Origin: Verrucomicrobiota bacterium
GTDB lineage: Bacteria > Verrucomicrobiota > Verrucomicrobiia > Limisphaerales > DSYF01
Length of the DNA stretch: 64,000 nt
Direction: 5' to 3'
NCBI GenBank assembly: GCA_025457615.1
Contig: JALOTZ010000013.1
Coordinates: 785-64,784 of the forward strand
Shown: one piece after another, positions 46,990 through 55,877 of the stretch
Layout of the letters: each line of letters begins with the position of its first letter
Position numbering within the stretch: position 1 is the first letter of the stretch
Program-made: the position numbers and the translations under genes
Notes under the pieces: model-generated
The model's database searches: none
What the model was told of the DNA's origin: nothing
Seen by the model: the letters and a program-made list of their open reading frames with translations, nothing else

Positions 46990-48795
46990 TCAGCCCGGCG
47001 TCTTCTTGGCCGCCTTCACTTCCAAATACAGGTCCTTGAGCTGACGCGGCGTGACCGGCGCCGGCGATTCGGTCATCAGACAGGTGCCCTTGGCAGTCTT
47101 GGGGAAGGCGATCACGTCGCGGATGCTCGGTGTGCCACAAAGGATCGCAATCAACCGGTCGAACCCCAGCGCAATGCCGCCGTGCGGAGGCGCCCCGTAG
47201 CGGAACGCTTCGAGCATGTAGCCAAAGCGCAACTGCGTTTCCTCGGGCGAAATCTGGAGAATGTCCTCGAACACCGTCTTCTGCACGTCCCGCTGATGGA
47301 TGCGAATGGAGCCGCCCCCCAGTTCGACCCCGTTCACCACGATGTCATAGTGCTGGCCCCGCACCCGCTTGGGCGCCTCCTTGAGCAGCGGAACGTCCTC
47401 CGTCACCGGTGCGGTGAACGGATGATGACTCGAGTACCAGCGGTTCTGCTCCTTGTCGAAGGCCAGCAGCGGAAAATCGACCACCCACAGGAAGTCGAAT
47501 CGGCGCGGATCAATCCGCAGCTTGCCCTCCTTCTGCAGCACCTCGGCGCAGTAGAGCCGGATCTTGCCCAGGATTTCGCAGGCGTTGAGCCATTGATCCG
47601 CGGCGAACAGGATCAGGTCGCCCTCTTCGATCGCCAGTTTGCTCTGCAAGGCAGCCTTTTCGGCGTCCGAGAAGAACTTGACGATGGGGGACTTCCACTC
47701 GCCGCCTTCGACCTTGATGAAGGCCAGGCCCTTGGCGCCGAAACTCTTGGCATACTCGGTCATGGTCTCGATCTGTCCCTGGGTGGCACAGGCCAGGCCC
47801 TTGGCATTGAGGGCCTTGACCACTCCACCGCTGGCGATCGCACCGCTGAACACCTTGAACGCGGAATGCTCGAAATCCCCGGTGAGGTCCGCCAACTCCA
47901 TCCCAAATCGTGTATCCGGCTTGTCGATCCCATACCGGTTCAGGGCCTCCTCGAAGCTCATGCGCTTGAACGGCACAGGAATATCCACGTTCAAAGCCGC
48001 CTTCCAAACCCGCTCCAGCAGGCCCTCGATCAACGCATAGATGTCCTCGCGCTCGATGAAACTCATCTCGATGTCGATCTGGGTGAACTCGGGCTGGCGA
48101 TCGGCGCGGAGATCCTCGTCGCGATAGCAGCGGGCAAGCTGGAAATAGCGCTCCACGCCGCCCACCATCAGGATCTGCTTGAACTGCTGGGGTGACTGGG
48201 GCAGCGCGTAGAAGGTTCCCGGCTCACGGCGGTTCGGCACAATGAACTCGCGCGCGCCCTCGGGGGTGGACTTGAACAACGTGGGCGTCTCGATTTCCAG
48301 GAAGCCCTGCTCCTCCATGAACACCCGCGTGGCGGTGGCCACCTTGGACCGCAACCGGAGGTTGTAAATCATCTCCGGCCGACGCAGGTCCAGGTAGCGG
48401 TACTTGAGCCGCAACTCCTCGTTGACCTTGGAAGCCACGTCCGGATCATCCACTTGGAACGGCAGAACATCGGCACGGTTCTGGACCACCAACGAATCCG
48501 CCACCACCTCCACCTGGCCGGTGGGGATCTTGGGATTCTCGGTGCCCGAGGGACGCCGGCGCACCTGCCCGGTGACCTCGACCACGCTCTCGCTGTGCAG
48601 GCCGGAGGCCAGGTCGCACCACTGGCGCGCCGTCATGGAAGGGTCGAACACGGTCTGCGTGCGGCCCTCGCGATCACGAATATCCAAAAAGATCACCCCG
48701 CCCAGGTCGCGGCGGGAGTGAACCCAGCCGGTGAGCGTGACTGTCTGCCCGGCGTGGTCCGGACGCAGCGCGTTGCAATGATGTGTGCGTTTCAT
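46990..48795 (-). CDS. aspS: aspartate--tRNA ligase
   Basis: MKRTHHCNALRPDHAGQTVTLTGWVHSRRDLGGVIFLDIRDREG...FYALPQSPQQFKQILM...QLARCYRDEDLRADRQPEFTQID...GGGSIRIH...PPHGGIALGFDRL. Start trimmed to the ATG at 48795. Confidence 0.93.
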   Translation of the reverse strand: MKRTHHCNALRPDHAGQTVTLTGWVHSRRDLGGVIFLDIRDREGRTQTVFDPSMTARQWCDLASGLHSESVVEVTGQVRRRPSGTENPKIPTGQVEVVADSLVVQNRADVLPFQVDDPDVASKVNEELRLKYRYLDLRRPEMIYNLRLRSKVATATRVFMEEQGFLEIETPTLFKSTPEGAREFIVPNRREPGTFYALPQSPQQFKQILMVGGVERYFQLARCYRDEDLRADRQPEFTQIDIEMSFIEREDIYALIEGLLERVWKAALNVDIPVPFKRMSFEEALNRYGIDKPDTRFGMELADLTGDFEHSAFKVFSGAIASGGVVKALNAKGLACATQGQIETMTEYAKSFGAKGLAFIKVEGGEWKSPIVKFFSDAEKAALQSKLAIEEGDLILFAADQWLNACEILGKIRLYCAEVLQKEGKLRIDPRRFDFLWVVDFPLLAFDKEQNRWYSSHHPFTAPVTEDVPLLKEAPKRVRGQHYDIVVNGVELGGGSIRIHQRDVQKTVFEDILQISPEETQLRFGYMLEAFRYGAPPHGGIALGFDRLIAILCGTPSIRDVIAFPKTAKGTCLMTESPAPVTPRQLKDLYLEVKAAKKTPG

Positions 48796-48950
48796 GTCAG
48801 CAGAATCCCGGAATCCGGATGCGGACCTCGGAATCCAAAGGGAGGCGGATATTGGCCCGGAACAAGCCTCTTTCAAAGCTTTTTTGGCGGAGCGGACCCG
48901 ACGAAATCCACGCTGTTCAAAGCCGCGGTCATACCCTAGGGTGAACCCGC

Positions 48951-49889
48951 ATGATCGATTTGCCCAAACCGGATGTCATTCTGACCCACGAAAGCGATTT
49001 GGACGGGTTGGTGGCGGGGGTCCTGATGCAACGGCTGGCGCACACTCTGCACGGCGAGGACGTTCCGCTGGAAGCCTGGAACTACAATGGCTGGAAGCAG
49101 CGTCCGATGAGCGAGCGCCGGGCCTGGGTGACGGACCTGAGTTTCGAACCCCGTCTGGACCGCACGGGCTGGGTGATCGTGGATCATCACACCACCCTTA
49201 CGCAGCCCCAACAGGCCACGCTCATCCATGATGTGGAAAAGTCTGCCGGGCTGCTGTGCTACGAACTGTGCCGGGAGGCTGGCCTGGGGTCGCCTGAACT
49301 GGACCGGTTGGTGCACCTCAACAACGTGGCCGACCTGTTCCTGGCTCGGGATCCGGATTTCGTCCTGGCCAGCGACTACGCCAATCTGGTCAAGACCTAC
49401 CAGTTCTGGAATCTGCACGATCTGCTGGACGGGCGAATCGAGCGCCTGCTGGAACATCCGTTGCTCGAGGTCATGGCGGTCAAACGCCGGATCGAGGACC
49501 CTATCGGGCTGGAGTGGAGTCTCAACAACATCCACACCATCACACCAGAGGTGGGTCTGGTCGAGATGACCGTGGGCAACACCAACCTCATCGTCCACCA
49601 GATGCTCGAACAGAAGCTCACCCCGTTCAAGGTGCTGATCACCCTGTTCAAGAAGTCCAACGGGCTCATGATCGCCAGCTTCCGCAGCGCCAATGGGGAG
49701 GCGTTGAAGGTGGCGGGCCGACTGCAAGGAGGCGGTCACGCCAACGCCGCCGGCGCCACCCTGCCCCGCTCGGCACGCAACCTCCACGACGCCGCCGACT
49801 ACCTCCGTCGTGCCCTCAACCCGGGAACCGCTTCGGACCTGGACCCTCTGGACGACCTGTTCGCCGCCACTGAGATGACGAAGGGTTGA
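48951..49889 (+). CDS. DHH/DHHA1-family phosphoesterase (NrnA-like)
   Basis: THESDLDGLVAG (DxD), VIVDHHTT (DHH), GGGHANAAGATL (DHHA1 GGGH). Confidence 0.8.
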   Translation: MIDLPKPDVILTHESDLDGLVAGVLMQRLAHTLHGEDVPLEAWNYNGWKQRPMSERRAWVTDLSFEPRLDRTGWVIVDHHTTLTQPQQATLIHDVEKSAGLLCYELCREAGLGSPELDRLVHLNNVADLFLARDPDFVLASDYANLVKTYQFWNLHDLLDGRIERLLEHPLLEVMAVKRRIEDPIGLEWSLNNIHTITPEVGLVEMTVGNTNLIVHQMLEQKLTPFKVLITLFKKSNGLMIASFRSANGEALKVAGRLQGGGHANAAGATLPRSARNLHDAADYLRRALNPGTASDLDPLDDLFAATEMTKG

Positions 49890-49946
49890 GGGACAGTCGG
49901 TTCAGCGTTGCCCGAGGCATCCCCCGCGCCTAGCATCGCATTCGCT

Positions 49947-50702
49947 ATGGTCAATGACGTTTCCAAAGGCAGCCGTTCAGACGGCCGCAGCGCGCAAGAG
50001 TTGCGTCCCATCCGGTTTCAGAACGATATCGCCCCGCACGCCACCGGTTCCACCTTGATCGAGTGGGGCAACACGCGGGTCATTTGCGGCGTGACCATCG
50101 AGGAGACCGTTCCCCGCTGGATGAAGGAACAGGGTGTGACGGGCGGCTGGATCACGTCCGAGTACTCCATGCTCCCCTACTCCACCCTCACGCGAAAGCC
50201 GCGGGACAGTTCGAAGGGGCGCGTGGACGGACGGAGCACCGAGATCCAGCGCCTGATCGGACGTGCCATGCGCAGCGCCGTCAACCTGGAGAAACTGGGG
50301 GCGCGTACCGTGTGGGTGGATTGCGATGTCCTCCAGGCGGATGGCGGCACGCGCACCGCCGCGATCACCGGCGCCCAGGTGGCGCTGTCACTGGCCATCC
50401 GGAAGCTCACCGTCGATGGAAAATTGGACGCGTCCCCGATGCTGGCGCCGGTCGCCGCCGTGAGCGTGGGCATCGTCGCCGGCCAAGCCCTGCTGGATCT
50501 TTCCTACGTCGAGGATGTGGCCGCCCAGGTGGACATGAACCTGGTGATGAACGCGGCCGGCGAGTTCATTGAAGTCCAGGGAAGCGGTGAGGAATCGACA
50601 TTCAATGAAGCCCAGCTGACTGAGATGCTGACCCTGGGCAAAGCGGGGATACAACAACTGCTTGCCGCACAACAGGCGGCGTTGACCAGCGCCCAGGCCT
50701 GA
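49947..50702 (+). CDS. rph: ribonuclease PH
   Basis: RSDGRSAQELRPIRF...GSTLIEWGNTRVICGV...WITSEYSMLPYST...GRVDGRSTEIQRLIGRAMR...DCDVLQADGGTRTAAITGA. Start set to the ATG at 49947. Confidence 0.9.
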   Translation: MVNDVSKGSRSDGRSAQELRPIRFQNDIAPHATGSTLIEWGNTRVICGVTIEETVPRWMKEQGVTGGWITSEYSMLPYSTLTRKPRDSSKGRVDGRSTEIQRLIGRAMRSAVNLEKLGARTVWVDCDVLQADGGTRTAAITGAQVALSLAIRKLTVDGKLDASPMLAPVAAVSVGIVAGQALLDLSYVEDVAAQVDMNLVMNAAGEFIEVQGSGEESTFNEAQLTEMLTLGKAGIQQLLAAQQAALTSAQA

Positions 50703-50719
50703 AGCCGGGGCACCCCCCC

Positions 50720-51334
50720 ATGCCGCACACCCGACTCTATCTGATCCGCCACGCGGAGGTGGAACCGAAGTACCACCGGACGTTCGGCGGCCGCATTGAC
50801 ATGAACCTGTCGGACCTGGGCCGCGAGCAGGCGCAGGCTCTGGCCCGGCATTTGGAGCGTCACACGTTCCATGCAGTTTACGCCAGCCCGATGAAACGTG
50901 TGCAGCAGACGCTGGCGCCCTTCGCGCGGAACGGCCACCCGCCAGCGCAGCTTGTTGACGATCTGCGGGAGGTGGATTTCGGGGATTGGACCGGGCTGGT
51001 CTGGGAACAGGTTCAGGAGCGGTTCGGGGTGAGTCCGTATGAGTGGCTCGTGGAGCTGGAACACGCCCGCATGCCCAACGCCGAAACGGGCGCCCAGCTC
51101 TGCGCCCGGGTGGCACCCGTGTTGAAGGGCATCCGGACGAAACACCCCGGGCAGACGGTAGCCGTGTTCTGCCACGGCGGCGTGATCCGGGCCGCGCTCT
51201 CGGTTTTGCTGGAACTGCCCCTGGTCAAGACCGCGGCGTTCGAGGTGGATTACGCCAGCGTGACCCAGGTGAAAGTGGGGGCCAAGGGCGCGGAAATCCA
51301 ACTGCTGAACTTCACGCCATGGCGACACGCCTGA
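50720..51334 (+). CDS. histidine phosphatase (phosphoglycerate mutase-like) family protein
   Basis: LYLIRHAEVE (RHG-type motif)...VAVFCHGGVIRA. Confidence 0.8.
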   Translation: MPHTRLYLIRHAEVEPKYHRTFGGRIDMNLSDLGREQAQALARHLERHTFHAVYASPMKRVQQTLAPFARNGHPPAQLVDDLREVDFGDWTGLVWEQVQERFGVSPYEWLVELEHARMPNAETGAQLCARVAPVLKGIRTKHPGQTVAVFCHGGVIRAALSVLLELPLVKTAAFEVDYASVTQVKVGAKGAEIQLLNFTPWRHA

Positions 51335-52236
51335 GCCAGCGCCGCGGCCTTTGCCAGCTTCAGATCACCGTGCCCCAGACCGCCGAGGAGGCTGGCAGCG
51401 CACTGCTGCAAGCCCGCTTCGCTCAGTGGCCGGCCAGCTTCTGCAAACCCGGATCCGACCAGGCCGATCTCTCCGTCTTTCTGCCCGCGGATCAACATCC
51501 CACGCGACCGCAACTCGCCCACCTCACCGCCGAACTGTCAGCCCTGCTGAGGCTCGACCGCCGTGAACGCAGGCCGCAGATCCGGTTGATCCGGCTCGCG
51601 GACCGGGATTGGAAACACTCGTGGAAGCGGCACTTCAAGCCCATCGAAATGGGGCGCCGCCTCCTGCTTCGACCCAGTTGGAGCCGGCAAAGGGCCAAAC
51701 CGGGCCAGGCGGTCGTGGTCCTGGATCCAGGATTGAGCTTTGGCACCGGCCAGCATCCAACCACCTCGTTCTGCTTGCGGGAACTGGTTCGAGCACGTCG
51801 TCGGGATCATGCCCAGTCCTTCCTGGATATTGGCTGCGGTTCCGGCATCCTGGCCATTGCCGCCGCCAAACTGGGCTACGCTCCCGTGCGCGCCTTCGAT
51901 CATGATCCGGAGTCCGTGCGGGTCTCGAGTGCCAATGCCCGGCGCAACCGGGTCCAGGAGCGGATTCGCTTCCGCGAGGCTGACCTGTGCAAACTGCCCG
52001 CCCGGAGCCGTGAAGCATACGATGTCGTCTGCGCGAATCTCCTGGCCGACGTGCTGATTCAGGAAGCCCCCCGCATTCTGCGCCGCGTGAAGCGGCCTGG
52101 ACTGCTGGTGATCGCGGGCATCCTTCGCGCGGAGTTCCAGCGGGTGAACCACTTCTACCGCTCCCGGGGCCTGCGGATCCTGCGCACCCGCGTGGAAGGC
52201 GAATGGCAGTCCGGCGCCTATCGATTCCCGGCCTGA
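51319..52236 (+). CDS. prmA: ribosomal protein L11 methyltransferase
   Basis: DWKHSWKRHFKPIEMGRRLLLRPSW...VVLDPGLSFGTGQHPTTSFCLREL...FLDIGCGSGILAIAAAKLG...CANLLADVL. The ATG at 51319 overlaps the preceding gene by 16 nt. The track ORF (51043) is 5'-extended. Confidence 0.88.
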   Translation: MATRLSQRRGLCQLQITVPQTAEEAGSALLQARFAQWPASFCKPGSDQADLSVFLPADQHPTRPQLAHLTAELSALLRLDRRERRPQIRLIRLADRDWKHSWKRHFKPIEMGRRLLLRPSWSRQRAKPGQAVVVLDPGLSFGTGQHPTTSFCLRELVRARRRDHAQSFLDIGCGSGILAIAAAKLGYAPVRAFDHDPESVRVSSANARRNRVQERIRFREADLCKLPARSREAYDVVCANLLADVLIQEAPRILRRVKRPGLLVIAGILRAEFQRVNHFYRSRGLRILRTRVEGEWQSGAYRFPA

Positions 52237-52423
52237 CTGCGCATTCCTCAACAGGCCTCCACCAGCGAGCCCGAGCCGCCTGGCGGACGCATGAACGGCT
52301 CCGATCATGCCCGAGGATCCTGCCGGTCCTCGGCCAGCGCCTCCGGATGCAGGGGGTAAACCATTCCTGTTTCGGGACTTATGGCCTTGGTGGAAATTTT
52401 GAATGCGGGGGATTCTGGGCTGT

Positions 52424-52437
52424 CTCATGATCATGAG
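52424..52437. promoter_or_regulatory. 14-bp perfect palindrome upstream of the small basic protein gene
   Basis: CTCATGATCATGAG, about 95 nt upstream of the ATG at 52532, in an AT-richer non-coding stretch. Confidence 0.3.
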
Positions 52438-52531
52438 CGTGAATACCGAGTGTCAACGCTGCCTAGGCAACATTCTCCGCCCTGGCCTGTGGCACCGATC
52501 TCGCTCAAGCCTGCAGTGAAAGGACCAGATC

Positions 52532-52696
52532 ATGACCAAGAAACTCGAATCCATGAGTGAAGTCATTCGGAATCCCAAGTACACATTCCGCAAAGTCGCG
52601 TTCCAACCCAAGAAACAACTCCGGCACAGACACGAACGCCGGAAGATTCGGGAATTCCTGCAGTTGGGAGATTGGCTGGAGGAGGAGGCGATTTGA
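52532..52696 (+). CDS. small basic protein, 54 aa (below the ORF-track size cut-off)
   Basis: My translation: MTKKLESMSEVIRNPKYTFRKVAFQPKKQLRHRHERRKIREFLQLGDWLEEEAI. SD-like AAAGGA lies 8 nt upstream. An intrinsic terminator follows 32 nt downstream. It sits in an otherwise gene-free 520-bp gap. Confidence 0.55.
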   Translation: MTKKLESMSEVIRNPKYTFRKVAFQPKKQLRHRHERRKIREFLQLGDWLEEEAI

Positions 52697-52728
52697 TCAC
52701 TGAACCCTCGATTTGCTAAAGCACGAAA

Positions 52729-52757
52729 GGCCGCGCTCAGCGCGGCCTTCTGTTTTT
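52729..52757. terminator. Rho-independent terminator, probably bidirectional
   Basis: GGCCGCGC-TCA-GCGCGGCC (8-bp GC stem) followed by TTCTGTTTTT on the plus strand. On the minus strand it is followed by TTTCGTGCTTT, directly after the tsaB stop (52761). Confidence 0.8.
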
Positions 52758-52760
52758 GCC

Positions 52761-53429
52761 TCAATGCTCGTTGCTCTCCCGGGGAGGCGGAGCCTTGACG
52801 AACGCAGTCTCGCGCAGATACACGGGTTCGAGCCTTTCCCCGGCAACGTAGTCCCCACCGTGCAGCGCCAAACGCCCCAAAGCCAGCGCGCTGGGAAACA
52901 ACTCGCGGACCGACGGAAACGCCTGCTTTAGATCGGGCCCCCGCACCTCAGCGCCCGCAGCCAGCAGGGATTCGATGTCACCTCGCGAAACCAGGCGCAA
53001 CAACCCCGTCTCGACCCAACGCCCGGCGCTCAACTCCCATGTGGCGCAATAGAACTCCCCCCGCTGGGCGTCCACCACGATGTGTACCGCGCCCCGCAAT
53101 CCGTCCGCCTGCGCCTGGGCCGCCAGCACGTCCACCGTGCGGATCCCACACACCCGGACGTCTCGAGCCAACTGCCAGCCCTGGGCGATCGCAATGGCTG
53201 CCCGGATGCCCGTGTAGGATCCCGGTCCCAGTCCCACGACGATGCACTCGATGGCCTCGCGTTCCAGGCGCACCTCGGCCAGAGCGCGTTCGATCAGGCT
53301 GAACGCCTGGGTGGAGCGCCCACCCGCTTCGACAATTTCGCTTTGCAATACGGGTGCCGGACCGCCGGGCGGCGACACCACGGCCACACTCCGTTGTGAG
53401 CTGGAGAAATCAAGCGCCAGAATCTTCAT
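52761..53429 (-). CDS. tsaB: tRNA threonylcarbamoyladenosine biosynthesis protein TsaB
   Basis: MKILALDFSSSQRSVAVV...IECIVVGLGPGSYTGIRAAIAIAQGW. Start trimmed to the ATG at 53429. Confidence 0.88.
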   Translation of the reverse strand: MKILALDFSSSQRSVAVVSPPGGPAPVLQSEIVEAGGRSTQAFSLIERALAEVRLEREAIECIVVGLGPGSYTGIRAAIAIAQGWQLARDVRVCGIRTVDVLAAQAQADGLRGAVHIVVDAQRGEFYCATWELSAGRWVETGLLRLVSRGDIESLLAAGAEVRGPDLKQAFPSVRELFPSALALGRLALHGGDYVAGERLEPVYLRETAFVKAPPPRESNEH

Positions 53430-53874
53430 AGGTGAGGCGTCGGATGTTCTCATCCAGGATTTCAATGCGCACCGGTCGGAGGTTCCGGGGCGGATGCGCC
53501 TGCTGAACAATGGCGGGAGAGCCATTCGGACCGGCGTGGAAGAGCTTCTCGGCCCATTCGATGACGGCCACGCCCTCAGGCTGAAGGAATTCCTCCACCC
53601 CCGCAGCCAGCAACTGCTGGGGCGTCTCCAACCGATAGAGGTCCAGATGCGCCAGGGGCAAGCGACCGTCGTCATAGAGGTTGACGATGGCAAACGTGGG
53701 GGAGTGAACGCGTGCCGCCGCCCCCAACCCGCGGGCGAGGCCCCGGACCAATTGCGTCTTGCCCGCCCCCAGATCGCCGATGAGCGCAAAGACCGTCCCC
53801 CGCGTCACCGTTCGGCCCCACGCTTCGCCCAGGGATTCCGTCTCGGCTGGGCTATTGGAAATGAACGTAGCCAT
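53410..53874 (-). CDS. tsaE: tRNA t6A ATPase TsaE
   Basis: ETESLGEAWGRTVTRGTVFALIGDLGAGKTQLVRGLARGLG...SPTFAIVNLY...LAHLDLYRL. Confidence 0.9.
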   Translation of the reverse strand: MATFISNSPAETESLGEAWGRTVTRGTVFALIGDLGAGKTQLVRGLARGLGAAARVHSPTFAIVNLYDDGRLPLAHLDLYRLETPQQLLAAGVEEFLQPEGVAVIEWAEKLFHAGPNGSPAIVQQAHPPRNLRPVRIEILDENIRRLTYEDSGA

Positions 53875-54790
53875 GGTTCGTCAAGGGACGTGTGCCATTC
53901 TGATCACGCAGGTGCACACCGGGTCCGGCAGTGATCTTGCCAATGCATCCCAGCCGCAACTGGGGAAACGCCATCCTCCAGCGGTCCAACAGCGGCACGG
54001 CGTCCGAGGCCACAACCATGAACAGCAGTTCGAAATCCTCCCCGTCCGTCAGCGCAGCCGTGAGAGGCGATTGCGTTCCATGCAATGCCTTGGCAGCCAG
54101 CCGGGCTGACCGGCTGATGGGAATGGCGTCGGCGAGCAGTTCGGCCCCCACTCCGCTGGACTGAAGGATGTGACGCAGGTCCCCCGCCAGTCCGTCGCTC
54201 AGGTCAATCATGGCGTGAATATCAAACTGGCTGCACAGCCATTGCGCCTCCGCGAGCCGTGGTTCGAACGCCAGATGTCGCCCCGCCCGAGAGCCGCCCA
54301 ATTCGCCAGTGACGAATATGGCGTCGCCGACTTTGGCCCCCGAGCGCAGAGCCGCCCTGCCCTGCGGCACCTGGCCCAACAAGGCCACCGACAGAAAGGC
54401 TCGGTCGGGAGAGGCCGTGGTTTCTCCGCCAACGATCGCCACGCTGTGCTTCTCGGCCAACCGGCTCATCCCTGTGTAAACCTGCTCCGCCCACGCGGAA
54501 TCCCGGCCCGGCGGAAGGCCCAGGGTAACCACCGCGGAGCCGGGGGTGCCACCCATGGCTGCAATATCGCTGAGACAGCGTGCCAGCGCCTTGTGCCCGA
54601 CCTGCTCCGGCGGGGCGTCCGGCAGAAAATGCACGCCCTCGACCACCGCATCGGTCTTGAAGAGCAGGTGCGAGCCGGGAATGCCCACGTCCAGCACCGC
54701 GCAGTCGTCTCCCGCCCCAACCACCACGGAAGGGTTGGAAGGCAGCGATGCCGTCAGTCGTGCGATGATCTCGAATTCGTTCACGGACAC
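53852..54790 (-). CDS. thiL: thiamine-monophosphate kinase
   Basis: NEFEIIARL...GAGDDCAVLD...LFKTDAVVEGVHF...LSDIAAMGG...IVGGETT. Confidence 0.88.
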   Translation of the reverse strand: MSVNEFEIIARLTASLPSNPSVVVGAGDDCAVLDVGIPGSHLLFKTDAVVEGVHFLPDAPPEQVGHKALARCLSDIAAMGGTPGSAVVTLGLPPGRDSAWAEQVYTGMSRLAEKHSVAIVGGETTASPDRAFLSVALLGQVPQGRAALRSGAKVGDAIFVTGELGGSRAGRHLAFEPRLAEAQWLCSQFDIHAMIDLSDGLAGDLRHILQSSGVGAELLADAIPISRSARLAAKALHGTQSPLTAALTDGEDFELLFMVVASDAVPLLDRWRMAFPQLRLGCIGKITAGPGVHLRDQNGTRPLTNHGYVHFQ

Positions 54791-54796
54791 CGGAGG

Positions 54797-55699
54797 TTAC
54801 TCGAAGAACCGCTTCACCACCATGAGCACCACCAGGTTGATCGCGTTGAAGCTCATGTGAGCCGCCATGCAGCTCAACAGGTTGCCGGTGATTTCGTAAA
54901 GGACGTTCAGCAGGCAGGCAAAGGCCAGCAAGGGCAAAAAGGTGGCCGCGTTGAAGTGAATCAGCGAGAACACCACAGCCGTGGTCCAGAACGCCACTTG
55001 CGGAAGCCCGAAACCCTTGATCGCCGGGTAAAGAATCCCGCGAAACAGAACTTCCTCAGCCACCGGCGCCAGGATCAACGCAACCACCCCCAGCACGATC
55101 CGGTCGGACCAGGCATCGGTCAGGCTGAAGATATTGACCGCCTGCTGCACCTCGGGATCCCAGCCCAGCGCGGTCATGAGCTGCACGGAAAGCCTCTGCA
55201 ACCCCCAGGCCACCGGCAGGATGGAAAAGGCGCACATGAAGCCGATCAACATGGCGCGCAGCCCGCGCTGCCCCAAGCCGAAGGCTTGAGTCCAGCTCAA
55301 GCCATGCTCATGAACCAGGCGCCCCGCCAGAATCAGCACGGCCCCCTGGAAACTGAGGGTTGTGATGGTCAACTGCAACGCCTCGGTGCCGTCCGCGGGG
55401 ATCCCCGCCAGTTTTTGCGCCGCCACACTCAATAGAATGCCCCCATAGACCAGCGAGACGAAGATGAACGAGCGCCCTCTCACCCCTTCGGTCCGCCACG
55501 GACTGGCTATCATCCACAGGGCCCCCAGCAAGCATCCCCCCGCCCCAACCAGCGCGAGGGCGAAAGCGATGGGCTGCTGGATCCCCTCGACCGGGTATCG
55601 CAGCGCCAGCGCCACCACCGACCCGAGAAAAACGCAAACCAGAACCCCTCCCAAGAGCCGGAGGAGCGGTCCAAGCTGCCAAGGCTGTTTGACGGCCAC
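54797..55699 (-). CDS. CPBP-family intramembrane glutamic endopeptidase (CAAX protease-like)
   Basis: Polytopic membrane protein with APVAEEVLFRGILYP and VFSLIHFN motifs. Confidence 0.8.
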   Translation of the reverse strand: MAVKQPWQLGPLLRLLGGVLVCVFLGSVVALALRYPVEGIQQPIAFALALVGAGGCLLGALWMIASPWRTEGVRGRSFIFVSLVYGGILLSVAAQKLAGIPADGTEALQLTITTLSFQGAVLILAGRLVHEHGLSWTQAFGLGQRGLRAMLIGFMCAFSILPVAWGLQRLSVQLMTALGWDPEVQQAVNIFSLTDAWSDRIVLGVVALILAPVAEEVLFRGILYPAIKGFGLPQVAFWTTAVVFSLIHFNAATFLPLLAFACLLNVLYEITGNLLSCMAAHMSFNAINLVVLMVVKRFFE

Positions 55700-55877
55700 C
55701 GTCCAAGGCTAGGCCATTGTGCTGCTGGACACGATGCAATTCTTGGTGAAGGGTTGCGCCTAAGTCAGGATGGCTTAGGATCCGCATCCGACGGTTTGCA
55801 CCGCCGGCAAACGACCTCATCAAGGGAATAGGCTCCGCCTGCGGGCCGCGCAACCGTCCAGAACGCCGCACGCATTC

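Noticed and set aside
52381-52560. A 59-aa plus-strand ORF (MALVEILNAGDSGLSHDHEREYRV...) and the 103-aa antisense ORF 52453-52764 in the prmA-tsaB gap.
   Set aside because: The first has no SD and runs across the palindrome into the better-supported 54-aa gene. The second starts inside the terminator stem. Neither has protein-like composition.
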